Assembly (NCBI GenBank): GCA_027307195.1
Contig: DAHUXL010000080.1
Span: 17,466 to 81,465, forward strand
Length of the DNA stretch: 64,000 nt
Reading direction: 5' to 3'
From: Rhodanobacter sp.
GTDB lineage: Bacteria > Pseudomonadota > Gammaproteobacteria > Xanthomonadales > Rhodanobacteraceae
Positions 10,049-18,516 of this stretch are shown in pieces; within the stretch, counting starts at the first letter, position 1, and each line of letters starts with the position of its first letter. The notes beneath the pieces are model-generated. The model was not told where the DNA came from and did no database searches. It saw nothing but the letters and a program-made list of their open reading frames with translations. The position numbers and the translations under genes were made by a program.

Positions 10049-10885
10049 GTGATCCAGCAAACTGATTTCTTCTTCGAGGGCGGGCGCAGCGGCGTACTGC
10101 TGATCCACGGCCTGACCGGCACGCCGATGGAAATGCGGCTGCTCGGCAAGGGCCTGAACCGCGCCGGCTTCACCGTGCACGGCATGCAGCTGGCCGGCCA
10201 CTGCGGCAACGCCGAAGACCTGCTCGCCACCGGCTGGCGCGACTGGTACGCCAGCGTCGAAAAAGCCGCCGACGAGATGCTCGAAAAAGTCGACCACCTG
10301 TTCGTCGGGGGTCTGTCGATGGGCGCGCTGCTGGCGTTGAAACTGGCCGCGGACCGGCCGCAGCAGGTCGCCGGCGTCGGCGTGTACGGCGCCACCTTCC
10401 GCTATGACGGCTGGAGCATTCCGTGGCTGGCGCGACTGTCGTTCCTGCTGCCGCTGCTGAAGAAACTCGGCATCGGTCGCAACCGCAGCTTCATGGAGCA
10501 ACCGCCCTACGGCATCCGCGACGAGCGCCTGCGCGCGCAGGTCAGCACCGCCATGCTCAGCGGCGACAGCGCCGCTGCCGGCCTGCCCGGCAACCCGTGG
10601 TATTCGCTGGCCGAGATGTATGGCCTCGCCGCCGAAGTGCGCAGCCAGCTTTCTCAAGTGACCGCACCCTGCCTGGTCGCGCACGCCAGCGAGGACGACG
10701 TCGCCAGCCTGAAGAATGCGGAACTGGTGATGCGCGAAGTCAGCGCACCGGCCGAGCTGCTGCTGCTCAAGGACAGCTACCACATGATCACCATCGACAA
10801 GGAACGGCGCACCCTGATCGATCGCTCGGCCGCGTTCTTCGACGACATCGCCGCGTCGAACGGCACGCAGCGCGTCGCGGCCTGA
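10049..10885 (+). CDS. Alpha/beta-hydrolase, carboxylesterase/monoacylglycerol-lipase-like
   Basis: HGLTG oxyanion loop, GLSMG nucleophile, EDDV Asp, SYH His. Confidence 0.88.
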   Translation: MIQQTDFFFEGGRSGVLLIHGLTGTPMEMRLLGKGLNRAGFTVHGMQLAGHCGNAEDLLATGWRDWYASVEKAADEMLEKVDHLFVGGLSMGALLALKLAADRPQQVAGVGVYGATFRYDGWSIPWLARLSFLLPLLKKLGIGRNRSFMEQPPYGIRDERLRAQVSTAMLSGDSAAAGLPGNPWYSLAEMYGLAAEVRSQLSQVTAPCLVAHASEDDVASLKNAELVMREVSAPAELLLLKDSYHMITIDKERRTLIDRSAAFFDDIAASNGTQRVAA

Positions 10886-11265
10886 TGATGTCGGTGGCGG
10901 GTTCCATTTCTCCGCTGGTGGCGGGCCTGTGGTTGCTCAACATCGTGCTCGACACCGGCGGCCAGCTGGCGTTCAAGGCCGCTGCGGGAGACGAGGCGGC
11001 CGGTGACGGTCTGGCACGCTGGAAGCACATGGCATCACGGCCATGGCTGTGGCTCGGCGTCGCCAGCTATGTGGTCGAGTTCCTGGTGTGGATCGCGTTC
11101 CTGTCGCTGATCCCGCTGTCCGAAGGCGTGCTGCTGGGTTCGATCAACATCGTCGCGATCATGGTCGCCGGACGCTTCCTGTTCGGCGAGAAACTGACCC
11201 GGCTGCGCGTTGCCGGCATCCTGCTGGTGACGCTCGGCGTGGTGATCGTGGGGGTCGGCGGATGA
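10885..11265 (+). CDS. Small 4-TM EamA/SMR-type protein (ArnE/ArnF-like flippase subunit)
   Basis: 126 aa, GQLAFK, four hydrophobic helices, FGEKLT...GILLV motif. Confidence 0.8.
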   Translation: MMSVAGSISPLVAGLWLLNIVLDTGGQLAFKAAAGDEAAGDGLARWKHMASRPWLWLGVASYVVEFLVWIAFLSLIPLSEGVLLGSINIVAIMVAGRFLFGEKLTRLRVAGILLVTLGVVIVGVGG

Positions 11266-11657
11266 AACGCTTCTATCTGTTCGGCTTCCTGCTGTTGATG
11301 GGTTTCGACACCCTCGCGCAGATCAGTTTCAAATACGCCGGCACCCAGGCGCTGCCGGTCGCGGCCAGCATCGAATGGGTGTTGCGCGTGTTCGGTCAGC
11401 CATGGGTCTACGGCGCGGTGATCGGTTACGTCGGCGCGTTCTTCACCTGGATGGCCCTGCTCAAGCACGCACCGATCGGCCCCGCGTTCGCCGCCTCGCA
11501 TCTGGAAGTGGTGTCGGTGATGCTGCTGTCGATCTGGCTGTTCGAGGAGCACCTCAACACGGCCCGCGTGCTGGGTGCGATCGCGATCATCGCCGGGATC
11601 GTCTGCCTGGGCATGGCCGAAAGTCGCGAGCACGTGCCCGAACCTGCCGAAGCCTGA
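11262..11657 (+). CDS. Second small 4-TM EamA/SMR-type protein (ArnE/ArnF-like)
   Basis: ATGA overlap; 131 aa, AQISFK, LFEEHL...LGAIAII; paralog of the upstream gene. Confidence 0.8.
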   Translation: MKRFYLFGFLLLMGFDTLAQISFKYAGTQALPVAASIEWVLRVFGQPWVYGAVIGYVGAFFTWMALLKHAPIGPAFAASHLEVVSVMLLSIWLFEEHLNTARVLGAIAIIAGIVCLGMAESREHVPEPAEA

Positions 11658-11677
11658 GCACCGGCTAAGCTGCGCGC

Positions 11678-12883
11678 ATGCTGCCTCGCCGCCCCCACGA
11701 ACTGCCGCCCACCGCCGGCCTGCCGCTAAGGTTCGCCGACCTGCGCCCGGGCGCGCCGACCCTGGCTGCCGACCTCGCCGTGCAACTGGGCACGCCGCCG
11801 CTGCAACTGGAATGCTCCGGCACCGCGTCATTGCTGATCGCGTTGACCGCGCTGCATGAACGGCAGCCGCGACGTCGGCGTGTCGTGGTACCTGCCTACA
11901 CCTGTCCGCTGGTGGCGATCGCCGTGCGGCAGGCCGGGCTCGAATTGCAACTGTGCGATCTGCGGGCCGGTCACTACGACATGGATCCGGCTGCATTGCG
12001 TGCCGCCTGTGACGAACGCACGCTGGCGATCATCCCCACCCATCTGGCCGGCCGCGTCGCCGATGTCGCGGACGCGCTTGCCGTGGCACGCAGCGTCGGC
12101 GCCTACGTGATCGAGGATGCCGCGCAGGCGCTCGGCGCGCGTCGCAACGGCATCAGCGTGGGGCTCGCTGGCGACATCGGCTTTTTCAGTCTCGCTGCCG
12201 GCAAGGGGCTGTCAATCTACGAAGGTGGCCTGCTGCTGGCACGCGATCCCGCACTGCGCGAGCACCTCGCACGCACCGCCGCGCGCATCGTGCCGCACAG
12301 TATCGGCTGGGAATGGAAACGCAGCATCGAACTGCTCGGCTACACCGCGCTGTACCGACCACGCGGCCTGCGGCTGGCGTACGGCAATCCCCTCCGCCGC
12401 GCCCTGCGCCACGGCGATCCGGTGGCTGCGGTGGGCGACGATTTTCCGTTGACGATACCGCTGTACCGCGTCGGTCGCTGGCGCCAGGCGGTGGGCGCGC
12501 ATGCCGCCACGCGCATGCCCGCTTTTCTCGATCAACTGTCGGCACAGGCGCAACGCCGCCTGCCGCGACTGCGCCGGATCGACGGCGTCGAGGTACTCGA
12601 TGATCCTGCCGGTGCACAAGGTACCTGGCCGTTCCTGCTGCTGCTGCTACCCGACCAGCAACGTCGCGATACGGCGCTGACGCAGCTGTGGCCATCCGGC
12701 CTCGGCGTCAGCCGTCTGTTCATCCACGCCCTGCCCGATTACGCCTATCTCGCCGGCGTGGTGCCATCCCAGGACGTGCCGAACGCACGCGATTTCGCTG
12801 CACGCAGCCTGAGCATCAGCAACAGTCCATGGGTGACTGACGACGACCTCGAGACGATCTGCGGCGTACTCGAACGCGGCTGA
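11678..12883 (+). CDS. DegT/DnrJ/EryC1/StrS-family PLP sugar aminotransferase
   Basis: SGTASL, VPAYTC, IEDAAQA (PLP Asp), FSLAAGKG (Schiff-base Lys), EGG. Confidence 0.88.
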   Translation: MLPRRPHELPPTAGLPLRFADLRPGAPTLAADLAVQLGTPPLQLECSGTASLLIALTALHERQPRRRRVVVPAYTCPLVAIAVRQAGLELQLCDLRAGHYDMDPAALRAACDERTLAIIPTHLAGRVADVADALAVARSVGAYVIEDAAQALGARRNGISVGLAGDIGFFSLAAGKGLSIYEGGLLLARDPALREHLARTAARIVPHSIGWEWKRSIELLGYTALYRPRGLRLAYGNPLRRALRHGDPVAAVGDDFPLTIPLYRVGRWRQAVGAHAATRMPAFLDQLSAQAQRRLPRLRRIDGVEVLDDPAGAQGTWPFLLLLLPDQQRRDTALTQLWPSGLGVSRLFIHALPDYAYLAGVVPSQDVPNARDFAARSLSISNSPWVTDDDLETICGVLERG

Positions 12884-13043
12884 GTCATCCGTCCGGCCCG
12901 TGACGACAAGCACGCCGGATTAACAAACTCGCAACCTTCTGCACGCAAGAATGCCGCGGGTCTGGTCGCATGCATCCATCGCTTGATCACGCTTCCTGCC
13001 ACCGGTCACCGCGGATGGAATCCGCGCAATCGCCGAGTTCCGC

Positions 13044-14684
13044 ATGACGACATCGCACCTGGCCAATCGCATCACGAGCCAGCTCGCCGGGAACCGGCGA
13101 CTGCACTGGATGGCGGCATTCTTCCTGCTGCTGCCGCCGGTGTTCTTTCTGTTTCCCGTGCCGATCGACGAGACGCGTTATCTGGCGGTTGCATGGAACA
13201 TGCGCTGGAGCGGGCAATGGCTGGTGCCGTGGCTCGACGGTGCGCCGTATTCGGACAAGGCTCCGCTGCTGTTCTGGCTGATCAACCTGGCTTGGTCGGT
13301 GACTGGCGTGCATGCCTGGGCTGTGCGGTTGCTGGAATTGCTGATCGCGCTGGCGACCGTGCCCCTGCTCGCCTCGCTGGGTCGCCGGTTGGGCGCCAGC
13401 GAGGACGCCGTGGAAAACGCACAGTGGCTCTGGCTGGGTTGCGCCGCACTGGCCTTCTACGCGGACGTCGTGATGTTCGATCTGCTGCTCACGTTCTGCA
13501 CGCTGGCGGCATGGCGCGCCACACCGGCGCTCGTGGGACGACACTGGCCAGGCGAGAGCCTGCTGATGGTGCTGGCTCTGGGGGCCGGCGTTCTCGTCAA
13601 GGGGCCGGTCGCGCTCCTGGTGGGCGGCATGCCGGCCCTGTTCGCGCCGTACTGGATGCCGGCGCTGCGTGTGCAACCGCTGGTGTTCTATCTGCGACTG
13701 CTCGGCATCATGGCCGTCGCCATCCTGCTGGTGCTGGCGTGGGCGATTCCCGCCGCGCGCGCAGGCGGTCCCCACTATGCAGACGCCATCTTCCTGCACC
13801 AGACCATGGGCCGCGTGGTGCACAGCTTCGCCCACGCCCGTCCCTGGTGGTGGTATCTGCCCATCCTGCCCCTGATGACACTGCCGTGGACGCTCTGCCT
13901 TGGACGCAACGCAACGGCAACCACTTCTTCATTGCGCCATCCCAGTGCGCCGGATCGCTTCGTGGCTGCAACGTTCATCCCGTGTTTCGTGGTCTTCAGC
14001 CTGATCAGCGGCAAGCAGCCGCACTATCTGCTGCCCCTGCTGCCGGCCTTGGCCCTGTTCGCAGGCGGACGCCTCGCGGCAGGCCGCTGGCGCCTATCGC
14101 CCTGGCGAGCGGGTGTGGCTCCGATGGCGCTCGGCCTGCTCGTGGCGCTGGGCCTGGGCTGGTGGGAAGCGCCAGGCTCTGGCCCGTGGGCCTGGGTGTG
14201 CGGTGGGCTCATCATGCTCATGGGCGTGCTGTATCCGCTGCGGCGTACGCATGCACTGTCGGGCAGCACCGTTGCACTCGGCATGCTGACAGCGATCATG
14301 TTGTGCAAGCTCGCCTTCGTGCTGAGCATCGGGCCACGCTACGACGTGCACACGATGGCGCAACGCATCGCGGCCGCTCAGCGCGCCGGTACCCCGCTGC
14401 TGTACGCCGGCTCGGAGTACGGTCTGTTCACGTTCGCTGGCCGCCTGACGGCCCCGATCCCCAGCGCCCATGATCCGGCCCAGGTTGCCGCCTGGGCCCA
14501 CGCACACCCCGACGGCTGGATCATCAGCAGCAATGAAGTCTGTCGGCAACCGGACAGTTCGCCGCTGTACCGGCAAGCCTACCTTGGGCGCAGCCTGGGG
14601 ATCTGGCAGGCCGGCGCGATCGATACCCAGGCTTGCAACGGCAATGAAACTGCCGTGCCCCGGCGCGATCCTGGCCATGCCTGA
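13044..14684 (+). CDS. ArnT/GT83-like GT-C membrane glycosyltransferase
   Basis: DETRYLAVA, DKAPLLFW, KGPVALL, HARPWWWYL, SGKQPHYLLP; many TMs. Confidence 0.85.
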   Translation: MTTSHLANRITSQLAGNRRLHWMAAFFLLLPPVFFLFPVPIDETRYLAVAWNMRWSGQWLVPWLDGAPYSDKAPLLFWLINLAWSVTGVHAWAVRLLELLIALATVPLLASLGRRLGASEDAVENAQWLWLGCAALAFYADVVMFDLLLTFCTLAAWRATPALVGRHWPGESLLMVLALGAGVLVKGPVALLVGGMPALFAPYWMPALRVQPLVFYLRLLGIMAVAILLVLAWAIPAARAGGPHYADAIFLHQTMGRVVHSFAHARPWWWYLPILPLMTLPWTLCLGRNATATTSSLRHPSAPDRFVAATFIPCFVVFSLISGKQPHYLLPLLPALALFAGGRLAAGRWRLSPWRAGVAPMALGLLVALGLGWWEAPGSGPWAWVCGGLIMLMGVLYPLRRTHALSGSTVALGMLTAIMLCKLAFVLSIGPRYDVHTMAQRIAAAQRAGTPLLYAGSEYGLFTFAGRLTAPIPSAHDPAQVAAWAHAHPDGWIISSNEVCRQPDSSPLYRQAYLGRSLGIWQAGAIDTQACNGNETAVPRRDPGHA

Positions 14685-14780
14685 CCGCGTCGGGGCACCT
14701 CCGATCTCCTGCATGGGATCGCGGCCCGGACCGCCTGCAAAATTTCGAGTCTCAGCGTATGCCGATGCGTCGACCAGCCC

Positions 14781-14875
14781 TGTCGATCGACAGGCAGCTC
14801 GGCGCCGTCTGCATGCGCCCCCGCTTCGACGAACGCGTCGCCCCTGGCTGCGGGCGTGTCGAAGCAGCGGAACGC
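14781..14875 (-). pseudogene. Decayed, frameshifted partial copy of the arginase-like gene (copy of 15182-15275)
   Basis: Hand alignment gives about 76 of 95 nt identical, with a 1-nt insertion; encodes AFRCFDTP...DAFVEA versus AFRGFDTP...DAFVEA. Confidence 0.75.
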
Positions 14876-14903
14876 CTTTTCGCCCAACCACATCACCAGC
14901 ACT

Positions 14904-15782
14904 TCACGATCGCACAGCGATCGCCTGCAGCAGCTGCAGGTTCAACGCATGCTGCTGCGCCTGCCAGCCGGCCAGCTGTGCCGGATCGATCTCGGGCTGC
15001 TCGTCCATTGCCGACAGCCGGCGTTTCCACCAGCTCCGGTAGCGGTAATGCGAGACCTCGCCGTTGATGTCGCTGCCGACCAGGCCATTGCGCAAACTGC
15101 CGATCAGCGCCACCGCGTGATCGGTCAACAGCAGGCCCTGATCCCAGTTGGTATGCGCCACTTCGGGTGAGAACGCATCCTTGTCGATCGACAGGTAGCT
15201 CGGCATCGTCTGCGTGCGTTGCGCTTCGACGAACGCATCGACCATTGACTCGGGCGTGTCGAAACCACGGAATGCATGCGCCAGCCCGAGCCGGCGCGAC
15301 CAGCCGGTATCCACGCCGATGCTCCAGTAGCTCAGCTTGCCGCGGCGCAGCGGGCTCAGGTAGTTCTCCCACGCATGACCAGCGCCGATATCAGCCGAGG
15401 TGATGCCAAGCACATGCACATGGCTGACCTGCGGCAACATCGCCACGCGACGCACCCACGAACCGCAATGCACGCCGAACGGAAAGCGCATGTTGTCCGG
15501 ATGGTTGTCCAGCACCACCACCTGGAAGGGTGTGCCCGACTGCAGGCGCGCGATCAGCGGCCAGCTCAGGTGATGGAAGTCGCCGCTGCCCATGAACACG
15601 GTGCCGTATTCGGCCGGCAGCAATTCGTCGAGCATCGTGCCGAAGCGCCGCATCGTCGCCAGCGAGCAGCCGAAGCGGATCGATTCCTGCCAGTGTGCCA
15701 GCGGCAATACCAGCCGGTCCGCCAGCGGCCCCACCGACTGGTCGATGTCGAGCACGACGGGTCGGTTCGCCAGGTTATTCAT
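14904..15782 (-). CDS. Arginase/ureohydrolase-fold metallohydrolase of unknown substrate
   Basis: GSGDFHH, LDNHPD, SIDKDAFSP correspond to arginase metal-binding motifs; start re-picked at MNNLANR. Confidence 0.75.
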   Translation of the reverse strand: MNNLANRPVVLDIDQSVGPLADRLVLPLAHWQESIRFGCSLATMRRFGTMLDELLPAEYGTVFMGSGDFHHLSWPLIARLQSGTPFQVVVLDNHPDNMRFPFGVHCGSWVRRVAMLPQVSHVHVLGITSADIGAGHAWENYLSPLRRGKLSYWSIGVDTGWSRRLGLAHAFRGFDTPESMVDAFVEAQRTQTMPSYLSIDKDAFSPEVAHTNWDQGLLLTDHAVALIGSLRNGLVGSDINGEVSHYRYRSWWKRRLSAMDEQPEIDPAQLAGWQAQQHALNLQLLQAIAVRS

Positions 15783-16845
15783 CAGTAGCCTCCGTGGCCG
15801 CCTGCCAGCTGCGATCACTTTCGAAATGACTGCCGAGTCGACGCAGTAATGCGCGCAGCAGTGGATTGCGGGCATATACCGCATGACGGGTGAAGGTCAT
15901 GCGCGCACCCAGGAAGGATTTGACCTCGGGGTCGGTCCAGCCGGCCACGTAATGACTCAGGCCTTGCTGGCGCGCGTAGTCGAGATTGTGCATCCAGCTG
16001 ACGAAGTACAGGTTGTGCTCGCGTGCCTGCGGATAGGCGAAGCCGACATATTTGTCGATCAGCTTGCCGCCATGCTCGTAGCAGAGATTCCAGCCGATCA
16101 TCTGCCCGGCATGCCGATAGACGAAGACCACGCCACCACTGCCGGCATCCTGCAGCACCTCGCGGAAGAACGCCGCGCTCAGCCGGTCGAAATGGACCTC
16201 GCTCTGCGCGTACACGTTGTCGAACAGCGCATAGAACTCGGCCAGCGTCGCCGCGTCGTCGAAGCGTGCGTCACCGGTGCTCACCGCCTCGATTTCCAGA
16301 TCGGCGCGCGAACGCAACTTGCGCCGGATGTTCTTCCGCCGACCGGACGACAGTCGCGCGAGATACTCGTCGCCCGAGGCGAAATCGATCGGCACCCACG
16401 CCAGTGCCTGCCCTTCCAGCAGCACATAGCCTTCGCGTTCGCAGGCAGCGGCGAATTCACGCGCATACGCATTGTCGGCATCGCTGAGCAGGGGCGAATC
16501 CTGCGCGATGTCCTTGACGATCATCAGCCTGCATTCACGCCCATAGGCCGCCTTCAGCCCCTGCGCCAGCACAGCGGGTGTCACGTCCGACGGTAACGGC
16601 GCGTACTCGGACACGGTGGTGCCGGCAAAGCGCGTGCGCCAGCGCAGCAGGCGCCCCCACCAGCGATACAGCGGCAGGTGTGTCACGCGACGGCGCAGCG
16701 CATCGTCCGCCGTGGTCAGCAGATCGAACGGCGCCACGAAGCTTGGCATGCCTTGCGGCGACAGTTGTACCAAGAATCCGATCGGCGGCTGCGCCATGAA
16801 GTGCGCCAGGAGTGCGTCCGGCTCCAATTGCGAAATGAAAGGCAT
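15775..16845 (-). CDS. FemAB-like / Acetyltransf_6 GNAT-fold acyltransferase
   Basis: FASGDEYLARLSSGRRKNIRRKLR and NLYF...YARQQGL..Y.AG motifs. Confidence 0.8.
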   Translation of the reverse strand: MPFISQLEPDALLAHFMAQPPIGFLVQLSPQGMPSFVAPFDLLTTADDALRRRVTHLPLYRWWGRLLRWRTRFAGTTVSEYAPLPSDVTPAVLAQGLKAAYGRECRLMIVKDIAQDSPLLSDADNAYAREFAAACEREGYVLLEGQALAWVPIDFASGDEYLARLSSGRRKNIRRKLRSRADLEIEAVSTGDARFDDAATLAEFYALFDNVYAQSEVHFDRLSAAFFREVLQDAGSGGVVFVYRHAGQMIGWNLCYEHGGKLIDKYVGFAYPQAREHNLYFVSWMHNLDYARQQGLSHYVAGWTDPEVKSFLGARMTFTRHAVYARNPLLRALLRRLGSHFESDRSWQAATEATDE

Positions 16846-16913
16846 GAGTAAGCCAATTTGCCTAGACTGGTGTGTATGTAAAACTGTCGCGTGCAGCCAG
16901 GAGCCTACTCGTC

Positions 16914-17186
16914 ATGACCGATACGACCCAGCAACAGGTTTTCGACATCATCGCCAAGCAGGCCAAGATCGACGTGACCACGATCAAGCCCGAGTCCACC
17001 TTGAAGGATCTGGGCATCGCCTCGCTGGAGGCGATCGAGCTGATCTTCGACATCGAGGAACACTTCAACATCACCTTCCCCGACCAGCAAGGCGCGAACT
17101 TCGACACCGACACGACGCAGAGCCTGGTCGATGCCGTGCAGAAGGCGCTGGACGAAAAAGCCGCTGCGGGCGAAGGATCGAAGTAA
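16914..17186 (+). CDS. Acyl carrier protein (NodF-like, atypical GIASLE motif)
   Basis: 90 aa acidic protein, LKDLGIASLEAIELIFDIEEHF; AGGAG RBS at 16899-16903. Confidence 0.9.
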   Translation: MTDTTQQQVFDIIAKQAKIDVTTIKPESTLKDLGIASLEAIELIFDIEEHFNITFPDQQGANFDTDTTQSLVDAVQKALDEKAAAGEGSK

Positions 17187-18418
17187 TGTCGACCGTTTCC
17201 ATGCGTCGCGTGGTGGTTACCGGCATGGGCGCGATCAGCCCGCTCGGCGTCGGTGCAGAAGCGCTGTGGCAGGGCCTGCGCGAAGGTCGCAGTGCCATTG
17301 GCCCGCTGCAGCATCCCGATGCCGGGCGCCTGCGCGTGAAGATCGCGGCGCAGGTACCGGCGAGTTTCGATCCTACCGCAAATATCGACGAACGCACCCT
17401 GATCATGCTCGACCGAACCTCGGAATTTGCGCTGCATGCCGCGCGCGAGGCGGTTACGCAATCCGGACTGGACTTCAGTCAAGGCCAAACCGGCGCGCGT
17501 ACCGCCGTGGTCGTCGGCACGGGTGTCGGCGGCGAAACCACCCAGGACGAACAGAGCAAGCGGCTGTACGGCGAGAATTCCCAGCGCGCGCATCCGCTTT
17601 CCATCGTGCGGGTGATGACGAATGCATCGGCCAGCCAGATCAGCATTGCCTACGGTCTGCGCGGCCCCACCTTTGCCGTCGCCAGCGCCTGCGCCTCGGC
17701 GAACCACGCCATCATCCAGGCGGCGCAGATGATCCGCTACGGACTGGCCGACGTCGCCGTTACCGGCGGCACCGAAGCTTGTCTGACCTACGGCGCGTTG
17801 CGCGCATGGGAAGCGATGCGCGTACTGGCCGACGATACCTGTCGACCGTTCAGCATCAATCGCCGCGGGCTGGTGCTCGGCGAGGGCGCCGGCATCTTCG
17901 TGCTGGAATCGATGGAACATGCACAGGCGCGCGGCGCGGTGATCCTGGCCGAACTGGCCGGTGTCGGCATGACTGCAGACGCTACCGATATCGTAATGCC
18001 GAGCGCGAATGGCTCTTCTGCGGCGATGAGCCAGGCGCTGGCCGACGCCGGCCTCGCCCCGCAGGACGTCGACTACATCAATGCCCACGGCACCGGCACG
18101 CTTGCCAACGATGTCACCGAGAGCCGGGCGATCCGCCTCGCGTTCGGCGCCCACGCCGATCGCCTTGCAGTGTCCTCGACCAAGTCGATGCACGGCCACG
18201 CACTGGGCGCATCCGGTGCGCTGGAACTGGTGGCCGTGGTCGGCGCCCTGCGCGACAGCGTGGTGCCGCCCACCGCGAACCTGGACCAGGCCGACCCGGC
18301 CTGCGATCTGGACTACGTGCCGAACATCGCCCGCGAGATGCCGGTGCGTGCGGCGCTGAGCAATTCGTTCGCGTTCGGTGGGCTCAACGCGGTGCTGGCA
18401 CTCAAGCGCGCGCCGTAA
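17186..18418 (+). CDS. Beta-ketoacyl-ACP synthase, FabF family, NodE-like subgroup
   Basis: Cys SACAS, His NAHGTGT, KSMHGH; short loop WEAMRVLADDTCRPFS and DIVMPS resemble recalled rhizobial NodE; TAATG coupling to ACP. Confidence 0.92.
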   Translation: MSTVSMRRVVVTGMGAISPLGVGAEALWQGLREGRSAIGPLQHPDAGRLRVKIAAQVPASFDPTANIDERTLIMLDRTSEFALHAAREAVTQSGLDFSQGQTGARTAVVVGTGVGGETTQDEQSKRLYGENSQRAHPLSIVRVMTNASASQISIAYGLRGPTFAVASACASANHAIIQAAQMIRYGLADVAVTGGTEACLTYGALRAWEAMRVLADDTCRPFSINRRGLVLGEGAGIFVLESMEHAQARGAVILAELAGVGMTADATDIVMPSANGSSAAMSQALADAGLAPQDVDYINAHGTGTLANDVTESRAIRLAFGAHADRLAVSSTKSMHGHALGASGALELVAVVGALRDSVVPPTANLDQADPACDLDYVPNIAREMPVRAALSNSFAFGGLNAVLALKRAP

Positions 18419-18457
18419 CGACCTGCTCCAAAACGAGGTTTCACCTGGCGACAAACC

Positions 18458-18490
18458 AAAGAACCCGGCGACAAGTCGCCGGGTTCTTTT
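18458..18490. terminator. Bidirectional intrinsic terminator between convergent KAS and aminotransferase genes
   Basis: AAAGAACCCGGCGAC-aa-GTCGCCGGGTTCTTT perfect inverted repeat with A/T tails. Confidence 0.85.
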
Positions 18491-18516
18491 TGGGCGCGAT
18501 CCATGCGCGGCCGACA

